From a virus (taxonomy: Duplodnaviria; Caudoviricetes): a stretch of 64,000 bases of DNA. The DNA is taken from IMG/VR virus record IMGVR_UViG_3300021963_003887, positions 1 through 64,000 of that record; one strand, written 5' to 3'. The stretch's first letter is position 1, and each line of letters begins with the position of its first letter. The notes under the pieces are model-generated. The model worked only from the letters and a program-made list of their open reading frames with translations, was not told the origin of the DNA and searched no databases. Both the position numbers and the translations under genes were made by a program. Below are positions 50,801 through 58,433 of this stretch, one piece after another.

Positions 50801-53472
50801 GAATAGACAAATACTATAAACCTAAAGACGGACAGTTAGGTGTAGAAAAAACTAGAATTGATGATATTGAAGGCAGTGAAGTAGTTTCTGATTACTCTCA
50901 GTTAATTACAGGTATCGATTACGGCGGCACTATTGTTCAGGGAGCTACTTTTGACATTGGTGCGGGCTGGGATGCTCTACCTTGGTTTACTGAAGGATGG
51001 GATAGTTCTGAAGTTAACGAAACTGATTTCTACTTCCTAGTTGACGGAAGCACTACTTCGGTGTTATTGCCCGAGGTTCCTAAGCAGGGCACAGACATTA
51101 ACATTTACGTTAAGAGAGCATCTACAGGAAAAACAGTAAGATTAGATTTTGAAACTTATAATGAATATCAGTTAGGTGATAGTTCTTACACTGGCGAAGT
51201 TCCGCCCGACACAGCAATAATGAATACATTCGTTGGCGACGGGTCTACAGCATCAATAATAATTCCTCAAACGGCAAATTTAGAATCTGGCGATTTATTG
51301 ATTTTCCGCCCATCCACTAGCGATGGCAGTTTAGTTATTGGCGGACGTAACAGCATAGACGCTTATATATCAGGCGGCTCTTTATCGGGAATGTCGGCGT
51401 ATTCAACTGCCACAGGAACTACTGCTGCTGAGATAGTACTTGACGGAGATAGACTTATCAGTCCCGAGCAAGTTCCTGCTCCTGAGGAAAATGTTCCTGG
51501 TCAGGTCTTAGAAGCATTAAGTATCAAAGTGTTTCATTCTTCAAGAAGCGGATCTTCGGCTGTTCAGTCTAAAATTTATATAGCTGACGGAAATACCATT
51601 ATTTTTGACATAGGACAAAAAATAATTGAAAAAACAAATATACTTGTATTTGTAGATAAGTTTAAAAAGGATATCGATACAGAGTTTGTTATATTGTCAG
51701 AAACTAATTCTATTAGATTTATTGGAACAACGCCAACTGCCGGAGCAGTGATTGAAATTTTCACTATGGGCACAGGCGGCAAAGGAATACTAGATTACAG
51801 AGAATTTACCGGCACAGGCAACGATAGATATTTTATTACGGGAGCATCATTTAACGAAACAGTTACAGTATTTGCTAGCGTGGATACTCAGCCAGTTGAT
51901 GTCGGGTTTATTAACAGTGCACAACTTACCGATACTCAAGATAAAACTCTTGTGGAATTTGGAGTGGCACCCACTGAAGGTTCTAGAATAGTATTGATAG
52001 CCTTAAACACAGACCAACGTCCGTTAGTCAAAATTAATCAAGTTGAAATACCTCTTGACGAAGCGATTAAAGAATATGCTATACCTACTTTTAGCGGATT
52101 AGATATTGATCCAGCTGGAGACATGTTGGTAGAAATTAATGGTGAATTATTACGAACTGTTGAAACAACCTATAAGATCTATGACGGAAACAATAATATA
52201 CAAATAGGTGTTGATACTCCAAGAGATCCAGGAACAGTTATTTTTACTGACTTAAAAGTATTCGTTGATAATCAACTAAAAACATTCGGTATTGATTTTA
52301 CATTTACATCTGAAAACAACACAGTTACTTTTATTAAACCAGTAACGTTAGGAGCTGTGATACGTATAGAAGATTCGTCTGGTAGACAGTATTCTATAGC
52401 AGATACTAATATTGTTTTAGAGCAGTTTACAGAATATTCAACCGGCGATACCTTATCTATAACTTGGTTTGAAAGATATACAGAATTAGATATAGTCAAA
52501 GACGAATTCGTTGGAGGAAAAGTTAGCTTTTCTTTACAAAGACCCCTAATAGGAATTTCATATGTATGGGTATACAAGAATGGTATTCGACTAACGCCTG
52601 ACATTGATTTTTATGTAGAATTACCAAGGGCTATATATCTAAGACAGCAAACAACAGAATCTGATATAATTGAAACTATTAGTTTTGGAGATCGATTATA
52701 TAAGCAGCCGTTATCTTTTGAAATATTCAAAGATGTGTTGAATAGAAATCATTACAACAGATACAGTGTTCTTGATCTAAAACTTGATAAAGACTTTAAC
52801 TATTTTGATAATGAAATTACTCTTGTGGATGCTAGTCCTTTAGCACTTCCATCAAAAGATCAGCCAGGTATAATAACTATACAGGGAGAAAAGATTCAGT
52901 ACTACGAAAAAATAGGAAATGTGCTAAAAAATATTAGAAGAGGACTTTTTGGAACGGCTATCAGAGCAGTCTACCCAAAAAATACTCCTGTAGTTGATAC
53001 TGGTTTCTTAGAGTTTATTCCGTATCAAGAATTACAAGAAAAAGAAGATTTTATTTCAGACGGTACATCCTTATTAGTAGGGCCTTTAAATTTCCTACCA
53101 AGAAAAGCCGATATCAGTAACTGGTACAGAAATACTATTCCTACAAACTTTGGAAGATGTGATGAGATTGAAGTTTTTGTAGGAGGAAGAAGACTTCGCA
53201 AAGATGCTACTAAAATTTATGATTCTACAGTAGGTGCTTATAGCCCTGCGGGAGATATTGATATAGAAGCAGAATTTTCCGTAGACGGGATTAATGAAAA
53301 TATAAGATTGACATACCCAGTTCCAGCAGGAACACGTATCACAGTTATCCGTAGACAAGGTAGATTGTGGTATGATAGGGGAGCATCAACTGCTACAACC
53401 GGCCAAGGACTCAGCTATAGTAACACCGCTATCGCTAAGTTCTTACAAAATAGCAGTACAAAATTACCATAA
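38800..53472 (+). CDS. Giant baseplate wedge/adhesin protein (gp7-like position)
   Basis: 4890 aa, translationally coupled to gp6 (TAATG). Contains CBM5/12-like W...Y..GD.V.Y repeats, FG-GAP-like propeller repeats and G.GY..AP beta repeats. Confidence 0.7.
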   Translation: MSNKIFKKSELPVRRTVDLLPDAFKTSTNDKFLSTTLDALVQPGTLERLSGFVGRRYGKTFNSQDIYVDVEKSLRSSYQLEPAVVIESGQKVKKVYDYVDLKNQLKFFNNLSERDDLATYQEQYSWNPPIDWDKFINYREYYWLPVGPETVSVAGQAENVISSYRVRSDGQNEWLFYPDGLKRNPQLTLYRGQTYIFDVNSPGDPFVIRSGNLKGNQENYNKGVTNNGIEVGTITFEVPLDAPELLYYQSENNINRIGSFVIASVLENSFIDVEKEILGKVNYTSSNNIKFTNGLKVQFVGKVQPAIYNDSLWLVEGVGESIKLVNFAELEIPPIISNEIEITFDDGGFDTLPFDDASSYPTQKDYITINRSSKDKNPWTRYNRWFHRDVIEYAANINGVPPSLTETGRAKRPIIEFLPNIQLFNHGSTPKKTVDLVDDFTKDVFSTIEGSAGYNIDGQSVEDGDRILFLNDADPFVKNKIFEVKIITVQTSTNTINRTQISLVETNDTDPIIGEAIIISKGSVPNKGRMYHYDGEQWVRSQTKNSINQFPLFDLFDDEGVSFSDNQKYETSTFAGSELISYKIGKGPVDKELGFSLSYLNINNSGDILFEVDFEKDSFLYQQSGQTINKLSASGFFKNHQTEEFFNGWIKTNPNLRQPILETFVIESDTSSLTSSACIWSNNATEHILFYINGKKINASFTSTVVANTRTFVFNQTLKAGETVTLKIFTTDEPNLGYYEIPNSLEKNPLNENLEQFTLGQANDHLKTMIEVDTGFQGEFPGASNIRDIVNYRQNGSRFMKRASLGVLAFPLLCDKDINLIKSIRHAANEYEKFKNNFITLASELDFDQRSIVEFVDKILDKMSKSNVIDFPFATSDMIGSGAYKVINYTVEDEGITTFALNEKFDLDTNSSRAVYVYVNDIQLLHGFDYVFDSTFGFVKLLVNLNENDRIEIREYLTTAYNFIPETPTKLGLYKKFTPRIYLDDTLVEPTEVIQGHDGSITIAFGDLRDDIILELEKRIYNNLKIKYDTEIFDVDRFFKGYHGQAIYDVSTIDDVIETDFLKWSNNLGIDIYKNEVYQSENPFTYTYFRATDRNKKLKLPQYWRGIYKFLYDTDRPHTCPWEMLGFSEKPLWWEEEYGPAPYTKGNLLLWEDLEQGIIRQGPTTGANPRYAKPGLLDYIPVDDHGNLLSPQDASAIIDYSLNKINEDFQFGDYGPVENSWRRSSLYPFSIITAACLLTPFEFISTNFNRNKIVKNKLDQLIDKDTGTFIDKQTLTSSVDSDPSGLFTYIQNYLKFNAIDISLLSNTISNLDVRISHKIGGFVEKARQRYILDSKSPTSKSPAVFIPPEDFQIIFNTGSVAKSISYSGLVIEKVDGGFKLFGYDKLNSYFSVYEPYTRVDDPIISVGGISEKYVDWDAEKFYGKGSLVRYQGLYYRCTANHVSANSFQNENFTVLPALPIVNDVTAIKRTTFNKFLVKRIPYNAFFSTIQQVVDVILGYSEWLIDQGIVFDDFNKELLVPNDWMLSVQEFMFWTSHNWAVGALITLSPAATLLKIVNAGSVADNILDNFYEYNIFKNDGTKIPASDIQVYRGYNEFILTPLDTQATGIYFAKINFVQKEHVAIFNDRTMFGDVIFDKGPGYRQDRMKLVGFRTTDWDGDYTSPGFIYDSADITPWQAFTDYKLGDIVQYREYYYVSKVSQSGSNDFNFNDWERLDSIPTPSLVANIDYKINQIEDYYELGYQGIDDTEKELARHSIGYQKRGYLDELAQDEVTQFRIYQGFIREKGTKNSITKIFDKLSSLDQDAIEMNEEWAFLMGTFGGSSQFKELELLLNQKDIRLNPQPVIIDSRGLSKSNYQNYILIGSNDFTIGGPEYIFPTKSYPVTESSAGYVYSGDVDFVVKTRTNLYALDITELKDGSKVWVTFDSPGWSVLRYTITDIIIGAVAVVDTTSVTLECNKPHGLKVDDIIGINNIKYLEGFWRVKAVDPNTIIIEIAGFDEEPVIDQSSFATISIFETLRVGQYSDLISDRFAAYKEGTRVWLDDNGEGKWEVLEKKRIYKPVDVANYGVAFPTGSGKDVLFLEARNQIISSNPGQVVPAGEVIRESAVVVYGQSEEGLIPLQILNPNSNLRSIFLGSYGEVLATSKDGRWLMVGSPTVSYIPSNYKEVFSPSATYNPGDTVLFAGKLYQAQTTVVGDGSTINIDSQDWKPATEHLANPLGIGLYDVNQGYRQQGALEIFEYDEIFSQYQLRHTIISPRPAHGEKFSSTISLSKREGIEGTSGDVTLTVASIDSVGGILEVSAQGESGLEDTRFSNVSGSDISLPGSNATFDVQKTNNTYSVLVRTGGSRYAIGDRIKITGSNLLGLTPFNDLIITVTAVTSTGEIVGSATYNNIKGINSILPDEEATFRVTKSGNRYAVTRTSAGSGYSSRSIVRYSGRLYACIKDTRIDLGVWNPSRTYQPGDVVKYPANSTAYYTATGLNTGIVPTDVSKWENTLPIFPTNQEYWEQVSGAVFAETAVEWADLDLTGNKIRYTAGSVIVIPGSELGGEDGEHNITIRVNLVTTNSAIDNFSYRGTASSGIIWSGTATAGERQFNDLQGEDVSDPGQGAIFDLVREDGRYNAIVNVAGTRYNVGDQIRILGSTLGGVEEAYYMVVGAPGSKDDMGRAYLYKFDGVSWKHLDDPNFVGIYSSTKNYPLGSKVWYNSDYWQALSNIPAVPNNQPGTGNWEKIAEVTNSIFPPSLAYADDGSTIQQPATGDIEFLNIGSSYGTFSAFNKDGSVMIISAPANDTASFENFKGVWRNNINYLAGDTVRRGTFYYNCLADNINSIPEFSPSIWQENSDSTLGKTGSVFVYEKTSNETFILIQTIDSDEVELEAGDEFGHKVVLNQEGTRLFVSAPNFDYLGKDQGSVFVFDRTASGFVLKQKLNGLIMEPGERFGSNVSVSPDGVTLAISAEGAASYKTTIFDRGNTAFDRFVTRFRDSQGKTGKVYVYTNYTGSFVLSEILDQGLNTDEDFGRGLSVSNNSIIVGSPSFISEDPAFEAVRIGRLQKFDKIPNSKPWFTIKQQDDQVNIDLLKNFSFYDKFNNVKLADVDILDPAKGKILSLADQYIDFKTSFDPAVYSVGTEESAIDPKQSWQLDKVGTIWWDLSAVKWALYEQNSLSFRNGNWGSTAVGSSVDVYEWVESPYSPSEWNALTGTTEGFSLGVTGTARYGDDTNYSVKTNFDTITGLPSGSMYYYWVKNKTTVPEDSDRGLSASQIANYILAPSSAGIPYALLTSKNTFSLVNFNSVIDDDEFLVNIQFYDQEKEINLIHNEYQLLAEGTIQVPNLELENKWIDSLIGEDIAGQAVPDRKLPVKLRYGISSRPRQSMFINRNKAVNLIIDYVNNILKKKPFAEIIDYGNLNLQDEKPALTKNLYDQVLETEKELRFIATSKIKTAKLKANIVNGHINTVDIIDGGYGYKTAPNIKIVGSGSGAKFKPILDNRGSITSVEVINQGKKYLTASLIVRPFSVLVLQDSSVNNFWSIYSLDEKNKEFYRTATQSFDTKNFWKKVDWWLEPFNEKSKIKKTIAGLYEEASVDLAIGDLLRLENYGIGGWAVLERVDATDADISGKYKLVGRKLGTIQIINGFYNTDSESTGYDLTQAFDSNKYDSSASTEFRNILNAVKEDIFKEDLSVEWNKLFFVSLRYVFSEQLYVDWAFKTSFLNAVHNVGTLEQKLNYKNDNLSSYQSYIEEVKPYRTKIRNFISKYFNLETANQLTTDFDLPPVWNSETSSVDIIGSNSNQLSQYPWKLWVENNHYSVIDIKIVSPGKNYSSVPQIVFDGGNGTGAQAQAYISNGKISKIVVTNPGSGYVSAPTVMIVGGVGSEIQNAARAVAIIGDSKVRTFDMKMKFDRISKTPNFKSYSFNEKFIEIETFNASAKQTTYKLKYPLSLDKSTITVTLDGSRLLSSQYSVTLTEELINSKTELIGRLILNSAPDEGSVVDIEYQKNNEILDSLNRIDKYYKPKDGQLGVEKTRIDDIEGSEVVSDYSQLITGIDYGGTIVQGATFDIGAGWDALPWFTEGWDSSEVNETDFYFLVDGSTTSVLLPEVPKQGTDINIYVKRASTGKTVRLDFETYNEYQLGDSSYTGEVPPDTAIMNTFVGDGSTASIIIPQTANLESGDLLIFRPSTSDGSLVIGGRNSIDAYISGGSLSGMSAYSTATGTTAAEIVLDGDRLISPEQVPAPEENVPGQVLEALSIKVFHSSRSGSSAVQSKIYIADGNTIIFDIGQKIIEKTNILVFVDKFKKDIDTEFVILSETNSIRFIGTTPTAGAVIEIFTMGTGGKGILDYREFTGTGNDRYFITGASFNETVTVFASVDTQPVDVGFINSAQLTDTQDKTLVEFGVAPTEGSRIVLIALNTDQRPLVKINQVEIPLDEAIKEYAIPTFSGLDIDPAGDMLVEINGELLRTVETTYKIYDGNNNIQIGVDTPRDPGTVIFTDLKVFVDNQLKTFGIDFTFTSENNTVTFIKPVTLGAVIRIEDSSGRQYSIADTNIVLEQFTEYSTGDTLSITWFERYTELDIVKDEFVGGKVSFSLQRPLIGISYVWVYKNGIRLTPDIDFYVELPRAIYLRQQTTESDIIETISFGDRLYKQPLSFEIFKDVLNRNHYNRYSVLDLKLDKDFNYFDNEITLVDASPLALPSKDQPGIITIQGEKIQYYEKIGNVLKNIRRGLFGTAIRAVYPKNTPVVDTGFLEFIPYQELQEKEDFISDGTSLLVGPLNFLPRKADISNWYRNTIPTNFGRCDEIEVFVGGRRLRKDATKIYDSTVGAYSPAGDIDIEAEFSVDGINENIRLTYPVPAGTRITVIRRQGRLWYDRGASTATTGQGLSYSNTAIAKFLQNSSTKLP

Positions 53473-53478
53473 TAAATA
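53472..53478 (+). promoter_or_regulatory. Late promoter (ATAAATA), probably leaderless transcript
   Basis: ATAAATA-CATGAT-ATG with no SD. Confidence 0.65.
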
Positions 53479-53484
53479 CATGAT

Positions 53485-54147
53485 ATGAATAAAGACGAGT
53501 CAAACACTATGCTAGAACAACCAACACAACAGCAGCCTTACGATAAAAAACCAGACGAAACCGGCGGTTTTCACGTAGAAGGGCATATAAAGATTTTTGA
53601 TCCGGAAAACGGAGAGATTTTCATTGATAAACGAAACGCTATTCACTATGAAAATATGAGTGTTGCTATGGCACAATCATTGTCCAACCAGTTACAGGGG
53701 TGGATATCAGAAATGGTATTCGGCAACGGGGGAACTGTAGTAGATCCTACTGGGCTAATTACCTATCTAACTCCAAACACTAATGGTACTAATTCAAGTC
53801 TTTATTCTCAAACATACAGCAAAGTAGTAGATCAAAACTCTGCCACAAACAACGATCCTGTTAGAAATAAAATGGAAATTCGCCATGTAACTGGTGCTAC
53901 CTACACAGACATTGTTGTATCTTGTCTACTAGATTACGGTGAGCCAGAAAATCAAGAAGCATTTGACAATTCTGTAGACATGGCAGGCGATTTTGTTTTT
54001 GATGAGTTAGGTTTAAAAGCTGCCGGAACAGGCAAATTACTAACACATGTTATATTCCATCCTGTACAAAAATCTTTAAACCGATTAATACAGATCGATT
54101 ATACCATTAGAATACAGAGCCTAACTGGCTTCACTGAGGTACAATAA
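53485..54147 (+). CDS. Virion structural (baseplate) protein
   Basis: 220 aa; GHIKIFD...KRNAI, FGNGG, FDELGL...LLTHVIF.PVQKS.NR.IQI.YTIRI. Confidence 0.7.
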   Translation: MNKDESNTMLEQPTQQQPYDKKPDETGGFHVEGHIKIFDPENGEIFIDKRNAIHYENMSVAMAQSLSNQLQGWISEMVFGNGGTVVDPTGLITYLTPNTNGTNSSLYSQTYSKVVDQNSATNNDPVRNKMEIRHVTGATYTDIVVSCLLDYGEPENQEAFDNSVDMAGDFVFDELGLKAAGTGKLLTHVIFHPVQKSLNRLIQIDYTIRIQSLTGFTEVQ

Positions 54148-56342
54148 TGGCATATAAAGTATTTTTTACCGACAGCACATTACATCCAGAACCGTTAGAC
54201 GTTCCAGATAATTTTCCTAATACGTCAACGAGTATTTCTATTCCTGGTAGGAATCAAACAGGGTACGGAAAAATTATTGCTGAAAATTTTATTCATTTGC
54301 TTGAAAATTTTGCCAGCGGTTCAGCACCAGAAACATCTAAATCCGTTATAGGCCAACTATGGTTTAATTCAGATGAAAATAAACTTTACGTATATGATGG
54401 AATAGAATATAAGACAACCAGCAACATTAGCACAGGGGTCAATGAGCCAACAGGTGCTAGTCTTGGAGACTTATGGGTAAACTCTAGTACTCAACAATTA
54501 TACCTATGGTCTGGAACTAATTGGGTTTTAATTGGACCGCAATTTAGTGAAGGTACAAAATCAGGACCATTAGTTGAAACTATTCTCGACATTGATAACA
54601 TTGAAAGAACAGTTATTGTATTTTACACTAAAGACATACCAGTGAGTATTGTCAGTAAAGACGATTTTATTCCTAAAGTTGTTATTCAGGGTTTTCCGGA
54701 AATCGGAGCAGGTATAAATGTTACTGCTAGAACAGATATTTCTGAAGAAGTGGTATTACCTAGATTAATAGGTGTAGCTAGATCAGCACAGAATTTATTA
54801 GTAGCAGACGAGGAAATACCATCCTCTAGATTTATTAGAAGTGATGAATCGGGAACAATACAAGCAACACTAGCTGTAAGAGACGATGCTGGATTATTTG
54901 TAGGTACTAACGGTAATATCAACTTATCGGTAAGATCGTCTAACGGCACACTGTATAATTCTACTCCTGGTGCTGCTATTGATTTACAAACAACAAGAAC
55001 CGGTGCTGCTGGGTTACCAACAACCGTTGTAAAAATAGTTGAAGACAGGGTAGGCATTAACAACACCAATCCTCAACAGCCGTTAGATGTCGGCGGTAAT
55101 GTTAAGATAGCAGGCGAAATTATTAATACATCAGAACAGCAGTCGTCAAATCTTAGCAATGGTGCTATACAAACAGCTGGCGGTGCTGCTATCGCTAAGA
55201 ACTTAAACGTTGGCGGCGACCTTTCGGTATTAAGCGGAAACATTTTTTCTAAATCTATTAAACCGTTAACAGGCTCCGAAACAATTGGAGATGCTTCTAA
55301 TAGATATAGTACAGTTTATGCCAATACAATTGATGCTTCAATTATTAAAGGTAACTTAAGCGGTAACCTTGCTGGTAACGCTCAAACAGCAACATCGTTA
55401 CAATCAGCAACTAATTTTAAGTTAGAAGGTGACATTTCTAGTAACGTGGTAGTATTCAATGGTACAGGAAATCTTACAAAAACATTTGTTACTACATTAA
55501 CATCTGATATTATTTCTACAAAATCTGCACTAGGTAATGTACGGGATACAGATGAATTGTTAGTATATAGAAGTACTCTTGGTCTTCGTAAGATGACAAG
55601 AGAAACCTTTATTGACGATGCTGGTGTTCCTCTTGGAGCAGTGTTACCATATGCCGGAACTACAGCACCGACTGGTTATCTACTTTGTGATGGATCGGAA
55701 TATGAAGCTTATAGATTTAGAGATCTGTATGATGTAATCGGAGCAAATGTAAACTATAAAAATTTAGGAAGAACAGTCAACCTTGACTTAAAAGGATCAG
55801 ACAAGGGTGCTACTTTCCGTGTGCCAGATCTGCGAGGCAGATTTGTTTTAGGTAAACAGGATATGAACGCAGATACAACTATTCCTTATCCTGGCGGAAA
55901 TAATAGTCCTGCAGCTGAAACTCCGTTATCTGAAGTGGGAGGTAACAGAGTAGCAGATACAGCCTCGGCAAATAGTTTAGGTAGAGCAGGCGGTGCTGAC
56001 CAATACACGTTACAAACACCAAACGTTCCTGACCACGAACACGACATGTATGGTAGATCTAGTGCTAATATTAGAGCTACTCAATATTATGCCATTACAG
56101 AATCGCCTACAGCTAATTTAGATTATCAACCGGGCGGATCTGTTGCCAATGTAAGGATAGAAGGCGGAACAGTGGCGAACGGAGCACAGGCAATGGCGTC
56201 ATCTGGATTAGTCAAAGTCACAGATGAGAATAAAAGAAGACCAGGCTTTGCTGATTCGCAAACGGGTAAACCTTTTACAGTAATGAATCCGTTCCTTACT
56301 TTAAATTATATTATTCGAAGCGGTAGACCTTCTAATGATTAA
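54147..56342 (+). CDS. Tail fibre protein with tail-collar domain
   Basis: Shared N-terminal module (GRN..GYG..IAENFIHLLENFA...GQLWF). Collar motif VPLGAVLPYAG..AP.GYLLCDG...LYDVIG...FRVPDLRGRF; tip motif HEH...MNPFLTLNYIIR. Confidence 0.85.
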   Translation: MAYKVFFTDSTLHPEPLDVPDNFPNTSTSISIPGRNQTGYGKIIAENFIHLLENFASGSAPETSKSVIGQLWFNSDENKLYVYDGIEYKTTSNISTGVNEPTGASLGDLWVNSSTQQLYLWSGTNWVLIGPQFSEGTKSGPLVETILDIDNIERTVIVFYTKDIPVSIVSKDDFIPKVVIQGFPEIGAGINVTARTDISEEVVLPRLIGVARSAQNLLVADEEIPSSRFIRSDESGTIQATLAVRDDAGLFVGTNGNINLSVRSSNGTLYNSTPGAAIDLQTTRTGAAGLPTTVVKIVEDRVGINNTNPQQPLDVGGNVKIAGEIINTSEQQSSNLSNGAIQTAGGAAIAKNLNVGGDLSVLSGNIFSKSIKPLTGSETIGDASNRYSTVYANTIDASIIKGNLSGNLAGNAQTATSLQSATNFKLEGDISSNVVVFNGTGNLTKTFVTTLTSDIISTKSALGNVRDTDELLVYRSTLGLRKMTRETFIDDAGVPLGAVLPYAGTTAPTGYLLCDGSEYEAYRFRDLYDVIGANVNYKNLGRTVNLDLKGSDKGATFRVPDLRGRFVLGKQDMNADTTIPYPGGNNSPAAETPLSEVGGNRVADTASANSLGRAGGADQYTLQTPNVPDHEHDMYGRSSANIRATQYYAITESPTANLDYQPGGSVANVRIEGGTVANGAQAMASSGLVKVTDENKRRPGFADSQTGKPFTVMNPFLTLNYIIRSGRPSND

Positions 56343-56354
56343 CGGAGCGATTTA

Positions 56355-58421
56355 ATGGCCTATACAGTAAACAAAACAGACGGATCGATAGTAGCTACAG
56401 TAGCTGACGGTCAGATAGATCAAGGATCTACTGATTTAACGTTAATAGGAAAAAATTTCAGCGGGTTCGGTGATTACCTTAATGAAAATTTTGTACACCT
56501 ACTAGAAAATTTTGCTGGACAATCACAGCCGTCTCAACCTTTGTTGGGACAATTATGGTTTGACACAACAGAAAACAGAATTAAAGTTTATTCGGGCAAC
56601 GAATGGAAATCTGTAGGAACTGCTGCGTTATCTATCGCACGACCTTTAGATATCAGCACCGGTGACTTTTGGTTTAATACATCATTGGCACAGTTATTTT
56701 TCTTTGATGGCAATCAAGATACACTAGTAGCTCCTATATATAGTTCGTCTCAAAATATCAGCGGATTTAGAATAGAAACAGTTGAAGATTCGGATAGAAG
56801 AAATAAAATTATATCTGGTGTTTATAATGCTGGAAGATTGATGGGGTATTTTAGTGCCCAGGAATTTACATTAAGAAATCCTATATCAGATTATAATACA
56901 GCCAATCAAAACGGTGAAACTATACCTAATACTTTAATTAAGATTGGATTTAACCCAGCAGATCCATCTTTTAAATGGCAAGGTACTACTTATAATTCTG
57001 ATAGATTAGGAGAAGTAGATTCGTCAAATTATGTAAGAAAAGATTTATCTAACGTTCTTACAGCGGCATTAACAGTTCAAAATAATGAAGGATTGTTTTT
57101 TGGAACAGGTCCTCAAGGGCAATTAGCTGTTGAAAATTTTAGAGATGTGACTATAAGGAACACATCAGATGAGGGAAGAATAACTTTAAGAGCTACACGG
57201 GCTGGAAACTTATTAAGTTATTTTTCAATCGCTCCCGATGCTAGCGGTTCAGATTTGATCGAGATTGCTCCATCAAATCCTTTGAGCTTAACTACAATTG
57301 GAGGCAGTGTTGAAATTACAGGAGACCTAAAAGTATTAGGAAATATGGTCAGCGTTGATGTTTCAACACTAAGGGTAGAAGATAAAAATATAGAACTTGG
57401 TAAAAAATCCGACAATACAAACATTACTGATGCTCAAGCCTATGGTGGCGGAATTGTATTAAAAGGGGATACTGATCATTACATTGTTTGGAATCAAATT
57501 GAGTCGGCAGTAGCCGATGAACAAGATTGGGACTTTAGTGAAAACATTGATATTCCGTCTACCCGCTCTTATAAGATAGGTGGTGTCGAAGTTTTACGAA
57601 ATAATGGTGTTACTATAGAACTAACATCAGCAGTGACAACAGCTCCGGGATTAGTTAGTTTCGGATCACAAACATCACTTACAGCAGACAATATCACAAT
57701 CGACGATAATAGGATTTCTAATAATGGACGCACAACTCCGTATGTAAACGGAGATCCTGCTAATCCTACTAATTTAGTTTTTGAACCTTTAGGTGATGTA
57801 GAATTTACAGGTAATCCTAGATTGTTAGGAATTGCCACCGACGGCGAAAATGCTCCGGATCAAACTCAAGAAGGATATACCTACCTTTCTGTTAACGATC
57901 CTGATCAATTAGAACAAGCAACATCTAAAAAATATGTTACTAATCTAGTTAGAACTCGTAGCATTCCTTTAACTTTAGACATTACAAAAAATACCAACAG
58001 TGGACAAGGTACACAGGCAGAACAACCATTAACTAACGCAGAAATTATTGCCATAGTTACTGATATTTGTCCTCCAGACGAGTATGAAGAAAATACATTG
58101 TGTCGCATAGCAACTACTAGGTACTATCAAGAAGATATTGCTCAGCAGACATTTACTATTAATTACTCTACATTGTATGAAGTTGATGGTTCAGAAACAC
58201 CCGGCGGAGTAGAAACACCACACGGTGTTGTACTGGATATACAAAATCCTGTAGTAATACCTGCTAAAGCACCGCCGTTGTTATTTGTAAGAAGAGGGTT
58301 GATAATATTAAAATTAGAAAATATTTCATCAACATTAACATGGACCGTTGACACCGCGTTGGTTGAAGATCCATCGCCATACGACATCCCGTATTCAACA
58401 TACAGTACAAGATTACCATAA
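56355..58421 (+). CDS. Tail fibre/baseplate appendage paralog
   Basis: MAYTVNKTDG...LIGKNFSGFG..LNENFVHLLENFA...GQLWFD. Confidence 0.75.
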   Translation: MAYTVNKTDGSIVATVADGQIDQGSTDLTLIGKNFSGFGDYLNENFVHLLENFAGQSQPSQPLLGQLWFDTTENRIKVYSGNEWKSVGTAALSIARPLDISTGDFWFNTSLAQLFFFDGNQDTLVAPIYSSSQNISGFRIETVEDSDRRNKIISGVYNAGRLMGYFSAQEFTLRNPISDYNTANQNGETIPNTLIKIGFNPADPSFKWQGTTYNSDRLGEVDSSNYVRKDLSNVLTAALTVQNNEGLFFGTGPQGQLAVENFRDVTIRNTSDEGRITLRATRAGNLLSYFSIAPDASGSDLIEIAPSNPLSLTTIGGSVEITGDLKVLGNMVSVDVSTLRVEDKNIELGKKSDNTNITDAQAYGGGIVLKGDTDHYIVWNQIESAVADEQDWDFSENIDIPSTRSYKIGGVEVLRNNGVTIELTSAVTTAPGLVSFGSQTSLTADNITIDDNRISNNGRTTPYVNGDPANPTNLVFEPLGDVEFTGNPRLLGIATDGENAPDQTQEGYTYLSVNDPDQLEQATSKKYVTNLVRTRSIPLTLDITKNTNSGQGTQAEQPLTNAEIIAIVTDICPPDEYEENTLCRIATTRYYQEDIAQQTFTINYSTLYEVDGSETPGGVETPHGVVLDIQNPVVIPAKAPPLLFVRRGLIILKLENISSTLTWTVDTALVEDPSPYDIPYSTYSTRLP

Positions 58422-58433
58422 TGGAAGAGCGAC

